A DNA stretch of 63,558 nt, filler included, from Cercozoa sp. M6MM (Eukaryota > Protista > Endomyxa: Ascetosporea), in assembly GCA_040357565.1 (NCBI GenBank). It is 11 parts of 11 records of this genome, joined end to end, with 100 filler letters (N's around TTAATTAATTAA, not from the genome) between each part and the next. Parts side by side here need not be neighbours in the genome. Positions count along the whole stretch, not along the records: positions 25,584 to 28,745 come from JBDODJ010001579.1; positions 28,846 to 30,179 come from JBDODJ010002054.1; positions 30,280 to 36,672 come from JBDODJ010000746.1; positions 36,773 to 52,507 come from JBDODJ010000301.1; 7 more parts are not named here. One strand, given 5' to 3'. The notes below the pieces were generated by a model. That model ran no database searches. It was not told the DNA's origin and was given only the letters and a program-made list of their open reading frames with translations. Of the stretch, positions 25,646-38,267 are shown piece after piece (position 1 is the stretch's first letter; each line of letters starts with the position of its first letter). Made by a program: the position numbers and the translations under genes.

Positions 25646-26256
25646 ACAGGTCGAACTGGTTGTTAAATAATACTGCCGAGAAGGAGAAGTACTGCCCATC
25701 AATGGGATAGCATGGGTAAACGAGGGAGGGGGTAACAGGGAGACTAGGTACCACCGAAGCCACGCCGTTGATTACAGTGAGGCCGAGCCACCACATGGCA
25801 TCGTCGCGTTCCCTTTCAACCTCCAGTGAGAGAGCCGTCTCGTCTGCGCAGGCAAACCCCCATACTTCTTCTATACACCATACACCTTGAGGAGAGCCTA
25901 CCCAGCAAGGTCCAGATGGCTTCGAACAGCTGCAGCGACAGCAGCGCCTTGCTCCAGCGATCCAATCGACGCAGTTTCTGCCACTTTGATTGTTTGCGCA
26001 GCGGTACCACCGACTCCGAGTCACCCAGACTGCCAGAGCGAGGACTCGACAAGTCGTCATCGTGCCTGCCGCCAACGGCGGGATCGTTCTCCATCCTGCA
26101 ATACCCGGCCAATTTAAAACCACTAGAGCAACCACAACTCTATCAGATGGAATTGGCACCACGGAAAGTCGTCTGGCTGCACGGAAGACTGTCCCGCCAA
26201 ACACAAAACAAATGCCGAAAGTGATACAGCAGGTTTGAGCACCAACTTACACTCAT
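25646..26256 (-). CDS. Hypothetical multi-pass membrane protein, N-terminal part
   Basis: Spliced exons ..KALLSLQLFEAIWTLL | DETAL..MWWLGLTVINGVASV | YFSFSAVLFNNQFDL. Start is either 26094 or a tiny exon at 26256. Confidence 0.55.
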
Positions 26257-26319
26257 GCTTGCGCTCGATCTCCGCCGTCCGCTATAATCTCTTACTGTGT
26301 TCGCACAACGCTGCACACA

Positions 26320-27396
26320 ATGAGACTCGTCAATGAGAACCCAATGGTGATCTGATACACTTTTTAAACTTTGACGGAGCAGTGCCCCCCTGTCTGCTGT
26401 TGATCGATTCTCAGTACAGCCAAATTAGCCACCATCTACAGCGTTTCTTCAAAATTCCCAATTTACTCCTTCTCAGCTTTCCCTGTTCCTCGTTCTTAGT
26501 CGTACGTAGATCTACATGCGCCGAGAAGAAGTTATTGAGGCGTTCAAGTACCTGATCGAGCTTGGTCGACGCTCGGTAGATCTTTCACCACTTCCTGGCC
26601 GAAAGTCGCCCAGCCACCGTCGAACTGCATCCACGATGTCGAACTGCGATCGTACTGAGCATTTGCTATCGTTTTAGCTACTACAGGTGGATGAAGTGTT
26701 TTCAGAAACCACGGTGCTGCGCTCGCACGACTTGGTACAGTCAGTGAGAACTTGTATTGTCGATACCCCCCCCCCCCCCGCCTCCAGGCCCGTGATCCTG
26801 TCTTTATAAACTTCTAATTACTCTACGTTGCGTCATGCAGACTACAGCACTCATGGTTCTAAGTGGGAAAAGCTATGCGGTATGAACTGAAGTGCTTTCT
26901 AAATCCGAACCGTTTCAACTGGGATTAAAACTAATGCCAAACTGTCAACTTTCCACTCTCATCATTTTCCCAGAGCGCTCGCCGAGAAATGCAGTTTCTG
27001 ATGGCACAGGTACAGTATGTACTCGCACTGTACAATTCAGCACGAAACCTACTGTATCATGCAGGTAGCACTGTATATACGTAGTGCAACAGCGTTAGCA
27101 TTGAGGACTTAGCCGACATGCTCTGCTCGCGGTAAATCTCGAAAACAAATCAACATTCGGATTCCCAAAATTATGTTTAACTACGAGCATTCGTTTCAGA
27201 GAAGAAGAGTGCAACGTTTTCGCAACTAGTGCCATTAGCGCTGCTGGAAACACTCGATCCGGCGAGGTATACGTACATGGACAACTTTTGCTTTGCGACC
27301 CTTCATGTAATGCGCGATGGGTGAGTGCTGGTGCAGCCGAATTCGAAGCAGTTATCGTCTCGGGATTCAATTGAGTCTCATGAGTCCACCACGTCG

Positions 27397-27449
<53 letters not shown>

Positions 27450-27843
27450 GGTACTGCAGTCAATCAAGGTGGACGCGTGTGCGGAGGCTTTCAAAATCCT
27501 AGATCCCCGAAGCCATGGCAGGGTCGATACCGACGCGTTGGGTACGTAAAAAATTAACGCGGAAATGAGGTTCAGTATGCTATTCTTCTGTCGTCTCGTA
27601 CTGAAGTTTTTCCCTTGTTCATGACTACAGCCGACTTGTTCGCCCGAATGGGTCTCCGGCTCGACAGTGCCGTAACTTCAATCAAAGAAATCCATGCAAA
27701 GCAAAGCTTGCGCGTCCATAGTTTGTGCTGCGCAGGACTGGAAGGCAGTGCGAAGTGTGGCCGATCTCGACAGGGATGGACACATTTCACTCAGCGACTT
27801 CATTCGGTAAACGCTGTTCTGTACCACTAAATTTAGGCTGTAA
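26320..27843 (+). CDS. EF-hand (calmodulin/centrin-like) protein; 5' exon structure uncertain
   Basis: EAFKILDPRSHGRVDTDAL and ADLDRDGHISLSDFIRL* are EF-hand loops. An upstream exon reads EEVIEAFKYL. Confidence 0.7.
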
Positions 27844-28186
27844 AGAGGACAGACTTGGCGAGATCGACGAAGGCACCGTCGAGGCGAGCTTCGACCGCGA
27901 ACCCGGCAGATAACCTGCCGGCTGCTAGCCGTAGCGAGACTCATCCGCGCGCTCGGAAATCTAAATTATTATCTTGTCGCGCTCGAGAAAATTCAAGAAT
28001 CTTCCACTGTGCTCGAGTTCTGCACCGCAGCCGGGGAGGGGGTCAAATAACAACCGAAAGCTTGAAAAATAGTCTGCTGTTCAGCCAGCACACAGAACAC
28101 CAAAATAGCGAGTTTCAGACCCATTCGGAGCGTGCATCGTGTTATTCAGTGTTCTTAAGCGACAGAACTGATAGCTAGATGAAATA

Positions 28187-28662
28187 ATGACCCGCGTCTT
28201 GCTTTCGTTTTTCGTTCTGGCTGTTCTCGCCCGTAAGGTCATTTAAAACTAACTTTCTGCGTTAATCACACCGACCCTTTTGTCATTGCTTTCGTCATTT
28301 TGCTCTGCCAGAGGCCATACGGATCGATGTGAACGATGTGATTGCCAAGGCGCTTAATGCGTCTCGAGAGGCAAATACCGATGTCGACACCGCTCATATG
28401 TTGGAACGCGCCAGAGAGCGATTCGGCGACAGGTTCGAGGAACTGCTTTCGCTCGACTCAGGCGACTTTCTGACGGCACTTGTTGATGGTGTCATGATTG
28501 TATTGAGAGGAGAGCAATTGAACCTGCAGTAAGATATTGTTTCTCTACTCGAAAACAGCTGAGGCTGAGGCGGTCGCCAGCGAGAAAGAAGGCGAGATGG
28601 AAGGACCATCGATGTTGACACGTGCAACTTCGCTCTTCACGCTGCACAATGTGCTCATGTTC
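28187..28662 (+). CDS. Hypothetical protein with signal peptide (truncated)
   Basis: Exon MTRVLLSFFVLAVLA, then two in-frame exons. Confidence 0.55.
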
Positions 28663-28701
28663 CGTAAGATTGCTAGTTACCGTCCTTTACCCTCACCCGT
28701 A

Positions 28702-28745
<44 letters not shown>

Positions 28746-29012
28746 NNNNNNNNNNNNNNNNNNNNNNNNNNNNNNNNNNNNNNNNNNNNTTAATTAATTA
28801 ANNNNNNNNNNNNNNNNNNNNNNNNNNNNNNNNNNNNNNNNNNNNGGCTAATACTGGCGCTTTTTTTTTTTGTTCCTGTACCCCTTTCGCCGATACCGAT
28901 TTTTTCGCCCGCCCTTCACCTGCCTTTTTGCCCGCTCTTTTTGATCTTTTTAACCCCCTTAACCCTCTGAGTTCCTTTACCTTTTGAATCTCTTTATTCA
29001 CGCATCCTGCAG

Positions 29013-30179
29013 CAATGAATTATCTGATGCGACACAATGATCAAACTCGAGAGAAGTACCTCGACATCGACGCGTTGTCAAGAATGCTCCAGATCGTGTA
29101 TAGCCGGATGTGTGAAGCTGACAATCGAGGCACTGCAAGTGCCACGGTTGACTATAACGCAACGGTCTTGGTCAAGTGGACGTGGGACTGCTTCATCAAG
29201 TACCGACTCAAGAGTGAGGAGGTGTGTTTGACTCCTACCCCTTACTCCTCTTGGCCCCCTTGACTCCTGTCTGTAGATGGACGTGCAGGAGATGCGCAGT
29301 GCGGCCGCGGAGTTGGTCGGTATGATGCTGGACATGTACGTGACATGCAGTAACAGCTCTGCCGATAATTTCGGTGGTTACGGTGCTTTTCTATCGGTGC
29401 GATGTCTCATCTTTCCCTTGTTTCCTTCGACCCTTACACCCCTTCGTTGAGCAGAAAGAAATGAGAAAGTTTTCAGTGATGAACGGAGTTCACTTGACGC
29501 TGATGCATGTGCTTTGGAACAAAGCGTTGGTGTACTTTACCCCTTTACCTCCCTATCCCTATTCACGACCCTATCCTATTCACGTTAACCCGATCCCTAC
29601 CCACTTTAACCCGATCCCTACCCACTTTAACCCGATCCCTACCCAGTTTAACCCTGTTCCTACCCCTTCACTCCTGCTAACTCTCATCTCATTGGGCAGG
29701 CCGGTGTACCTGCAGTCGGAATTAGTGTGGGAAATCAAACAGCAGATTATTGAGGAGGTGTGTTTAATCCCCCTCCTCTTTACCCTCTATCCTTTATTCT
29801 CTATCCTTGATTTACCCTTTATTCTCTATCCTTTACCTTTACCCTTTACATTCTAACCGTTACACTCTACCTTATCCCCCCTCCCAGAAAACCAAGTTGG
29901 CGGAGAAGCTGAAACCGATGAGTGTCGGACTGAAGGCGATTCCGAAAGCTCAACTTAAACTGGTGAACGATCTGCTGCATGTGCTCAACCGACTGCCGGA
30001 TGAGGTGTGTTCTTGGCCCTTCTCTTTCTCGCTGCTCTCCCTGCTTTACCCCCCTCCTAGCTCTTCCCTTTACTATACCCTCCCCTATCTCAACAGAGAG
30101 ATTTCCAGAAACAACGCAGACTCGAACTGCAACGAGAAAAAGAAGAAAAGGAACAACGACAACAGCAGCAGCAGCAACG
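29013..30179 (+). CDS. Hypothetical protein, internal fragment (helical, ending in coiled coil/poly-Q)
   Basis: About six GT-AG-bounded exons, ending RDFQKQRRLELQREKEEKEQRQQQQQQ. Confidence 0.6.
29585..29665. repeat. Intronic 21-bp tandem repeat TTAACCCGATCCCTACCCACT, about 3.5 copies
   Basis: Directly visible. Confidence 0.9.
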
Positions 30180-30299
30180 NNNNNNNNNNNNNNNNNNNNN
30201 NNNNNNNNNNNNNNNNNNNNNNNTTAATTAATTAANNNNNNNNNNNNNNNNNNNNNNNNNNNNNNNNNNNNNNNNNNNNGCTAAGAACGAATGAGAAAA

Positions 30300-31380
30300 G
30301 TACTGTGGTAGAAATGGCCCTTGGCACGAGGGAAGATGTACTTGCCTACACAAACACAGGTGACGGTAAAGACAGAGGCGATTGAGATGTGCAACAAGAT
30401 ATACCAGCATCCGTGAACATGGGAGGACGCATTTCAAGCACAACGTAGCGCGACGGAATGTCTTCGGCCTTACCTCGCAGCTTCTGTTTCAACAAGGGAG
30501 GGGATAGGTAGGCGAGGGACGGGGTAAGATGTGACAGGGGGACACAATGACACCTCGTAAACGGCCTGCTTCCACTCTGTGTAGCCACGCGTCTTCTGCG
30601 GCAGCTGCGTGCCCGAGTGCAAGGCGCGGTTGCCGGCGTGCAGGAACTGGCACTCCTCACCTGACAGACGGGGGGGGGGGGGGTCAGGGTAAGCAGGGGT
30701 CAGGGTAAGCAGGGAAAAGGAGCAGAAGATGGGAAAATGAGTGTACCACGCGGACACTCGCCAAAGTGCTTCCAGTCGGGACACATATACGGCTTGGGCA
30801 CGATGTGGTGCAGCCACTTCTTGTGCACTAGCGTCACCTGCCTGCAGACACACCATTGTGACACTGAGAGCATGGCGCGTGCTAGATACTCACACGAGAC
30901 TGTCCTACCTCTCAGTGTTGTACTTGTACTCGAACTGCAGACGCGGATGGGCCAGAATCTCCCACCTGGAAACACACGCACATCCATAGACTCCGTCACA
31001 TAGACTCCGAACTTAACACCAACAGCACAATGCTTACAGCTTGAGTCCTCTGAAGCGCTGCGCCTTCTGTCGTTGCGCCACCTCCTCCTCGCGCTTGTTC
31101 CAGTCATTCGTGTAGAACAAGTGGTACTCCTTGATCTTCTTCTCGCGCAGCGCGCGGCGAATCGGCCGCTTGTTCGACGGCCGCCAGCGTCGCTGCACGA
31201 ACTGCGCACAAGGTTGGTGATGATCAAGGCCCACACAAGACATTATGAGATTGCGCTAATAGCCGTCAATCGGACAGATCCACGCAGCATGGACGCTGCC
31301 GAAAAAATAGTGCCCTGGCATACCTGGCTCGCGAAAAGAGATACGCGGCAACCCGAGCTGCCGGCACGCAAAACCTGCAT
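30300..31380 (-). CDS. CCCH zinc-finger protein with putative mitochondrial presequence, 3' truncated
   Basis: Splicing across an intron gives CPDWKHFGECPRGEECQFLH (C-x8-C-x5-C-x3-H). N-terminus MQVLRAGSSGCRVSLFASQ|FVQRRW is rich in R/S/A with no acidic residues. Confidence 0.75.
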
Positions 31381-31642
31381 GGTTATTCCGTGCACACACG
31401 CCGTATAGCACCCCGTCGTGGCCTGGTGACTTGGGCACACCGAATGCACCCTTAAACTGCAGCACAAACAAAAGTGATGTCCATTTGTACTTGCTGTGGT
31501 AGCCGTTGGTGATCCGAGCTGCACGGCACTACACAGGCCATACCGCGGCGTGATCGTGCTGGGAGACGTCTAGACATCGTGTCGCGAGCAGGTCGGCAGG
31601 CGCGAAATCTTTTTTTCGTTTCGAGGCGAGTGATTGGCTAAG

Positions 31643-32611
31643 ATGGCAAGCCGCGGCTCGATGAAAACGGCGGCAACTGCGCTGGGCGTCAGCAAGTGGG
31701 CTGGTCCGGCCGAGCGCGCTGCGCAACGTGTGTCGCTGCGATTCCCTCGGTACGCGACGCAGCATGAGTTGCTCAAGGTGCGCACCAGTCGCAACAACAT
31801 GCTCTGGGTGTCGCGCGTGGCGCCTGAGGTATTGTTCCGTTTGTGTTGCACAAAGGTGCGTTTGGTGCTGTTATGATGCCTTGTATTGCAGGTCAAGCTG
31901 CAGCACATGCGCATGCCATGGGCACACGGAATCACGTCGATCAAGGGTGCGTCCAGTGTGCTCTCTTGCGAGATTGCTGATGTACCTGTGTGCTGACCGG
32001 TGTGCTACAGGTTTCGGCCACTGGAAGATCGGCTGTGTTGTCTCCACGCGTGCTGACAAGACCATCAATGGTGTGCCCATGTCTACCCCATGTCTACCCC
32101 CCCCCCTCGCTCGTTGTGTCGTGTATGTCTGTTGCTGTTGTAGTGATGTGTGAGCACATGAAGCTCGACAAGAAGAGCGGTCTGTTGCTGCGCCGTCGTC
32201 GCAAGCACATGGGCCACGATCCCGACGAGCTGTGTCGCGAGGTAGTCCCTTCCCCTGCCTATATATATATATGTTGCTTGTCTATTACTTGTCTGTTGAA
32301 TAGGGCGACATCGTGCTGATGCGTCCGCTCTTCAGGAAACGCAGAAAGAACAAGCGCAAGAACTACAAGGTATCGCCTGCGTGAGTGTTGGTCTTTGTCC
32401 TTGTTGAAACGTGTGCAACGGTAGGTGATTGCCATCCTGCACCGCGACCCGGACTCGGAGGATGTATGTTGTTTGTAACCTATCTGGGAAGGGGCCTCCT
32501 CTCAAGTACGTGTTGTTTAGATCCCGGATGCCACGCCAGCGGCCGTGCCGTACGCGATGCGCTCTCTGCACCAGAAGCAGCTCGGATTGGTAGTCATATC
32601 TATAACCTATA

Positions 32612-32645
<34 letters not shown>

Positions 32646-34558
32646 GCTATGTTATGTTATATAATATGTTTATACCCTCTGGATCGCAGGTGGGCCCCAA
32701 GCCCAAGGTGCACTACCAGCCCAATTTCCCTGGTACACCTGTTTCTCCCTGATGTGCTGTTTGTACTTTTACGTGGTGTGTTACAGTCTGGCTCTACGGC
32801 AACGAACCGCGACAGCCGGATCGCTTTGTGGTAGTCTTGTTTTACCCCACCCCCCCCCCCCTCTTCCTTGGACTCCCCTAACTCAGGTGCGTCTGGACAA
32901 CTTGCCGGTTGATGCCACGAGCGACGAGGTATTTTATTTCTACCCCTCTACCTTTGACCCTATACCTCTATCCCTATACCTTTGATACCTATATCTTTTA
33001 TATCCGTATTGTTACCCTCTGTAGGTGCGCAACTTTTTGCGCTACAGCATCGTGGCCAACGACAACGTGCACTTCTTCCAGTCGCGCAATTCGCGTGGTA
33101 ACCCTGTCCTGCAGTCTCTTTTTTCTAAAGGCACTATACGTGATTCACCTTTCGTGATTGCTGACAGGCAAGAAGAGTGCCATTGTCGAGGTCGAGTTCG
33201 AGCGTGATCTCGTTCAGGTAGGCCGCAGTGTCTCATGTGTGTAGAGTACCTGAGACAGTATTCCAACGCGCTTGTCTAGGCACTGCCGCTGGTGTCGCGA
33301 TACTTGCGCAACGACGACTTTGACACTGAGGACTTGGTACCGGCCGTTTATCCGTGTCTGTGTTGGTGGTATTGTCAACTTGCGTATTGTCAACTTGCTG
33401 CAGCCGGTGTTCGTGACGCGTTCACACGCCGACTCGTTGAACAGCGTGCTGTGGACTGGTATGTCAAGTCTTCCCCTGGCCCTTGCCCCTTGCCTCCTTG
33501 CCATTGACCCCCACGCCCCTGCAGGCAAGGACACGGAGACGGAGGACGAGCGCATTGGCGAGGCCATCTATAAGGTCGCCAACAGGTATATACTTTATAT
33601 AGGTATATATATATATATATTTATGTATTTCCTGATATTTATTTATATATTTCTATATAACATATGTTTATAATGTGTGTGTGTGTGTGTGTGTGTGTGT
33701 CCTACAGAAGCCAGGAGGACTTTGAGGGCGACCTGCCCAACGAGAAGGACTGGGAGCAAGTCGTCGGCACGCACCCCTCCGTGCTGGCGGCGCAGGAGGA
33801 GGCCGAGCGCGTGCGACGAGAAACCGCCGATGCCGTATGTCTTTACACCTATACCTATACCATTACATCTTTATATATATAATTTACGTACTATATTTCT
33901 ATGTACTATATATGTGTGCATACACATGTACAATGTACTCTGTGTATAGGTGAAGGAGGCGCGGCACGATGCGTACGAGCGACTGCTGAGTCGTTTCGGC
34001 ATCGGCCACGCTCCTGAGCGTAGTTTACCCTCCCCCCCCCCATCCCGACCTCTGTATGTGCATCTCTGTATGTGCATTGTACTCGTATGTGCACAGGTGA
34101 CCTGCTGAACTTTTTGGAGGAGCACCCGAAGTCGCCGACAGCCAAGCGTCTGGCTCTGCGCACGCTCACGCGACGTGCCACGTCTCACCGCTTCCAAGAG
34201 GTCCGTCCTTTCTGTTATCCATTGCATATTTTCATTGTACTGTCCTGTACTGTACTGCATGTCTTGTTGGGGGTACTCACAGGTGGCCAAGTCGCTCGTC
34301 GGTGACGATGAGGTTGCCCACGTCGTCGAACTGCTGGAGCGTCGTCGCCAGCTGCAAGAACTCGGCCGCAACGAGGAGGACATGCGCGCCGCCGATCGCG
34401 CCATCCTCGAGGCCGAGAAGAAGATGAATGCCATGCTGGTACGTCCGTTAGACTAATAAATCGCATAGAGAGATTTCTCTGTGTCTTGTTGACTGCAGGA
34501 GCAGGAGCAGCTCGAAGCCGAAGAAGCCGCCGTGGCCGCCGAGATGCAGACCGAGTAG
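31643..34558 (+). CDS. MRPS17: Mitochondrial ribosomal protein uS17m with RRM-like domain and long helical C-terminal extension (~500 aa, 20 exons)
   Basis: S17 signature IGCVVSTRADKTINV..RRRKHMGHDPDELCREGDIVLMRP..KRKNYKVIAIL. I followed phase-consistent GT-AG splicing through 19 introns to TAG 34558. Confidence 0.8.
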
Positions 34559-35565
34559 TTCCAGCCGCAAGAAACTCACATGGTCCCGGTGAGCGAGCCA
34601 GGCGAGAAAAACCGCCTTATTTTCGCCAGCCTTTATACGTATATACATCTACATGTCTAGAACCGCACCTGGCGTTACGCTCAGCACTGAATTTACTTGT
34701 ACCGTACCAGGTACTCGTATAAGCTGTTCCCGACTCAGTTTAAATCGAGACGTACCAACCTTGAAGATGTCCTGGGGAACTTCAAAAGGCGAGTTGGATG
34801 GCCCACTGTTACGAAACGATATTCTCCATCCGGTCAGTCAGATCTGTCTGAGTTCTGGTGCTCCGCGCGGAAGAAAGTTATTCACCTAGGACCTTCAGAA
34901 GAGTGGTGTATTGTGTTTGTCTGACTGACCTCGAAAGAGCATTAATTTTGCTCCTTTCCTAAAAAGGCTCTCTATTAACCAGCAGAGAGAGCCTTTCTTT
35001 TTCTCTTTTACGTCCCTCCTTCTCCTTCCTTCCTTCTTCTGACTACCGGGCCTCTCTTCCTTCCCGACCAGTCCACTCCCTGTACTTTGCCGACCCTATC
35101 TTGGGGTAACTACATCTGAACGGACTACGTCTAAATTTACTGACTCAATTCTTCTTCACATCGATTCCATTTGTTTCTTGAGTCTTTTTCCTGGCATAGT
35201 ACTTTTTTGCACTGTCAAAGCCTCAATTTCTGAAAGGCTGCGGCAACACCACCCTAAATGGACGGTGGATTACGTACGGCCATGAGCATGTGATCCATCC
35301 CGGGACTAGTACAGGGAAACTACATAGTTGGTTTCTGGTTGGCTTAACTTGACCAAGCTTGTAGCATGAGTCAGAAGCACCGTCACGGGAGGGGTCGATC
35401 CAACACTGTCACTTGAACCATTTTGTTGCTTGTACTTTTCCCATTTGAAGTTCTATAGAGAAGCTAGACGATGTATTTTGGGCAACAAAATTCTGACCAC
35501 GCTTCTGAAAGTTGCTGCTGCAAAAAAAGCTGACTAAACAAAGTTCGTTTTTAGAGGTACACAGC

Positions 35566-36613
35566 ATGAACGACTGCAGTCCTGATAGACACACGTGTAC
35601 ACAAGATAAAATCGGATTCGTGAAGACCTTGGTCACGTCGGTCGTTTCCGGGTTAAATTATTTACGTTCTTCGGCGCCATGGACTGATGTTGTGAAAAGA
35701 TATTATAAAATATAGTTTAGTTTTTTAACGCACACGTGTGTGTCCTTTTTCGTAGAATCGGCCAAAGCGATGCCACCATCGTCCTCAAACGACAGGTGTT
35801 GCATCCAGTGCTGACACTCGCAGTGCTCCAACCAGGCAGCGAGGAGTTCGTATCGATGGCAGCGCGTGTGTCCACCATCGTCGGTCGCGGAAGGTGGAAT
35901 ATAAGAACAGTGAAGCTGGTACGGGAGGTTATGAAGTCGACACGCAGCGCTGCGGCGTCACTCACGGCGGCAGACTTTGACGAGACGATGCAGCGCCTGC
36001 GAGCACTGTGCGTGCTGCTGTTCGAGTCGCCATCAGCATTGCTGGGCTCTCCTGCCGACCTGCACTGTGTTATGCGGGTTTCGTCGCTGGTGGAAAAAAT
36101 CGCGACATTTGCAAAGTCAGTTGTCAGTTCGAACAAGTTCGCAGCATCGTTGTGGAGCTACGAGCTTGCACTGCTTGCGCCTGGACCTCTTGCTCAACGT
36201 CCGATGAGCATTGCGCCGTTTCCGTCCTTCTGGCTGCGACTTCTGTGGCCGGTGAGTTATGCAGAAGCACTCAGTGTACGTGTTGCAATTGCTGCCGACT
36301 TGTGTCGCCACTGGTTCGGATCTGCATGGGCCAGCAAACTGTTGGACCTCACGCTTTCGTGCTTCATTAGGTCGGGACTTGTTTCTGTCCACACCTGTAG
36401 TTTCGTTGACTGTTTTGTGTCCTGTGTGGCTGTGTACGTTTGTATGTGTGCAGGCTTCCACTATCCTATCAGCAAAGCCCCGATGTCGGTCTGGCAGAGA
36501 CAACGCGTGGTCTCAGCTTGCTGCTCGTGATGCGGTACGTCAATATCTCTGCCGGAAACCTCGCTGTGGTATGGCGGCAACAATTGCTGGAGACACTTCA
36601 AGAGCTTTCAAAG
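35566..36613 (+). CDS. Hypothetical protein (helical-repeat-like), truncated
   Basis: About 620-nt open exon at 35756-36370, flanked by splice sites, plus a further exon. Start uncertain. Confidence 0.55.
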
Positions 36614-36794
36614 GTATTCCAAGCTGTGTTCTATTCCACACTGTGTGCACACATATCACCCACCCTATTACTNNNNNNNNNNNNNNNNNNNNNNNNNNNN
36701 NNNNNNNNNNNNNNNNTTAATTAATTAANNNNNNNNNNNNNNNNNNNNNNNNNNNNNNNNNNNNNNNNNNNNGTGTGTGTGTGTGTGTGTGTGT

Positions 36795-36847
<53 letters not shown>

Positions 36848-36883
36848 GAGTGTGTATATGCGTACACCTACGAGGAGCAAGGT

Positions 36884-38053
36884 ACCTCATGGGAATGCAG
36901 CACGATGACTCGAGCGATCTCCTCGGCAGTGAGCAGTTGCTTGTTAGGCCGGTAAAAGGACTTCCACCCAGGCGTGATGAGTTTCGGCACCTTGTTCATT
37001 GCCGCCTGTTCATACCGCACACAGCATGTCCACCCAGCCAGAGTCTTTCCCTATGTGTAGGATACCTCGTTGCGCGCACGTGCCGTCAGCGCATCCGACT
37101 TGCTCATGCGCGAGATGTCGGCCAGCGACAAGGTCTTTTTCTTCTTCGATTTCACGACGGTCTGCGCCGCCTGCTGCGCCGCTGTTTCGCCCGGGTGCTG
37201 TGCGGCACGCTGCTGCATCAGCAGTTGCTCCACCTGCGTGTACAATCATCCTTTAGTTCCTTCCCTTACCCCCTTAACCCCCTTAAACCTCTGATACCTT
37301 TTCGAGATTGCCGGCCTTGAGGACGTCGCGCACTTTAAGCTGCGCGTCTGGCACGGCCTCGTAGCCGGTGCGTTTGAGCATGTTGTTCACCTGTCACACA
37401 GAGGCATGTCAGCATGACTCAGTCACTTGAACAACAAGGTACGTGGCCTATCATCGTTGCGTGTGCGTTTCGCAAGGCTGCAGGAGTGCGAGAGTACACA
37501 TACCAGACACACAACCAGAGGGATAGGGTACCCTTTCTCTGAACACCGCGGAACTGCAGCAGCATCAGCGGCGCCGCAAGCACGCTGCCCAGTGCGGCAC
37601 ATCGGAGTGCCGTGCCGATTGCAATTCCGCCTGCACGTAACGACGCAAGCAATACAAAAGGACACACGCACAAGGGAGAAGGGTACCTACGGGTGCCTCA
37701 GTGTCCATGATGCCACACTTCTCCAGGAACCACGTGCCGTTATTGACAAACGCCTGGACTGCCTACCTTGTTTCCCCAGTAAAACACAAGACACACAAGC
37801 AATACACACGCACGTGCACGGCACAGGCAGCAAACCTACCTCATTCCGGAGCACTGAATTAACGCTTTCGGCCACACCGCCGAGCGCGTCAACCACGGCA
37901 GCTTGAGTCTTTCTGCGTTTATTGTGCACGTACTTGGACTGTACAAAGAGTATCCTGGCCAAAGTACTCCTTCGTGCCGCCAAAAGAGTTGCCCGACGAC
38001 AGGTTGAAGCTCTCTTTCGGGCCGTCCGGGCCACCTTCGTCACCGGACTCCAT
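36884..38053 (-). CDS. Hypothetical protein with a hydrophobic segment, 3' truncated
   Basis: Starts MESGDEGGPDGPKESF. Phase-consistent exons include GGIAIGTALRCAALGSVLAAPLMLLQF. Confidence 0.6.
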
Positions 38054-38267
38054 GGCGTCTGCCTGCGTTTTTCGCACTGACCCTCGTTCAGAAACTAGAG
38101 TACTTGCACAAACTCAAAATCAAGTGCTTGGACCTCTACCACAGTCCGTGTCCAGGTTGTTTCGGCAGAGGTTGACAGATCGCAAACTGTTAATTTTGTC
38201 CCAGCGCTCCGTTTAAGATCGAAGAGTCCTTCCCGCGAAACAAAGCACTGTCTGGGAACGTGCTATT

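Noticed and set aside
27064-27098. 8-nt micro-exon in the EF-hand gene
   Set aside because: It would need a ~27-nt intron, far below the local size range, and cannot be supported without transcript data.
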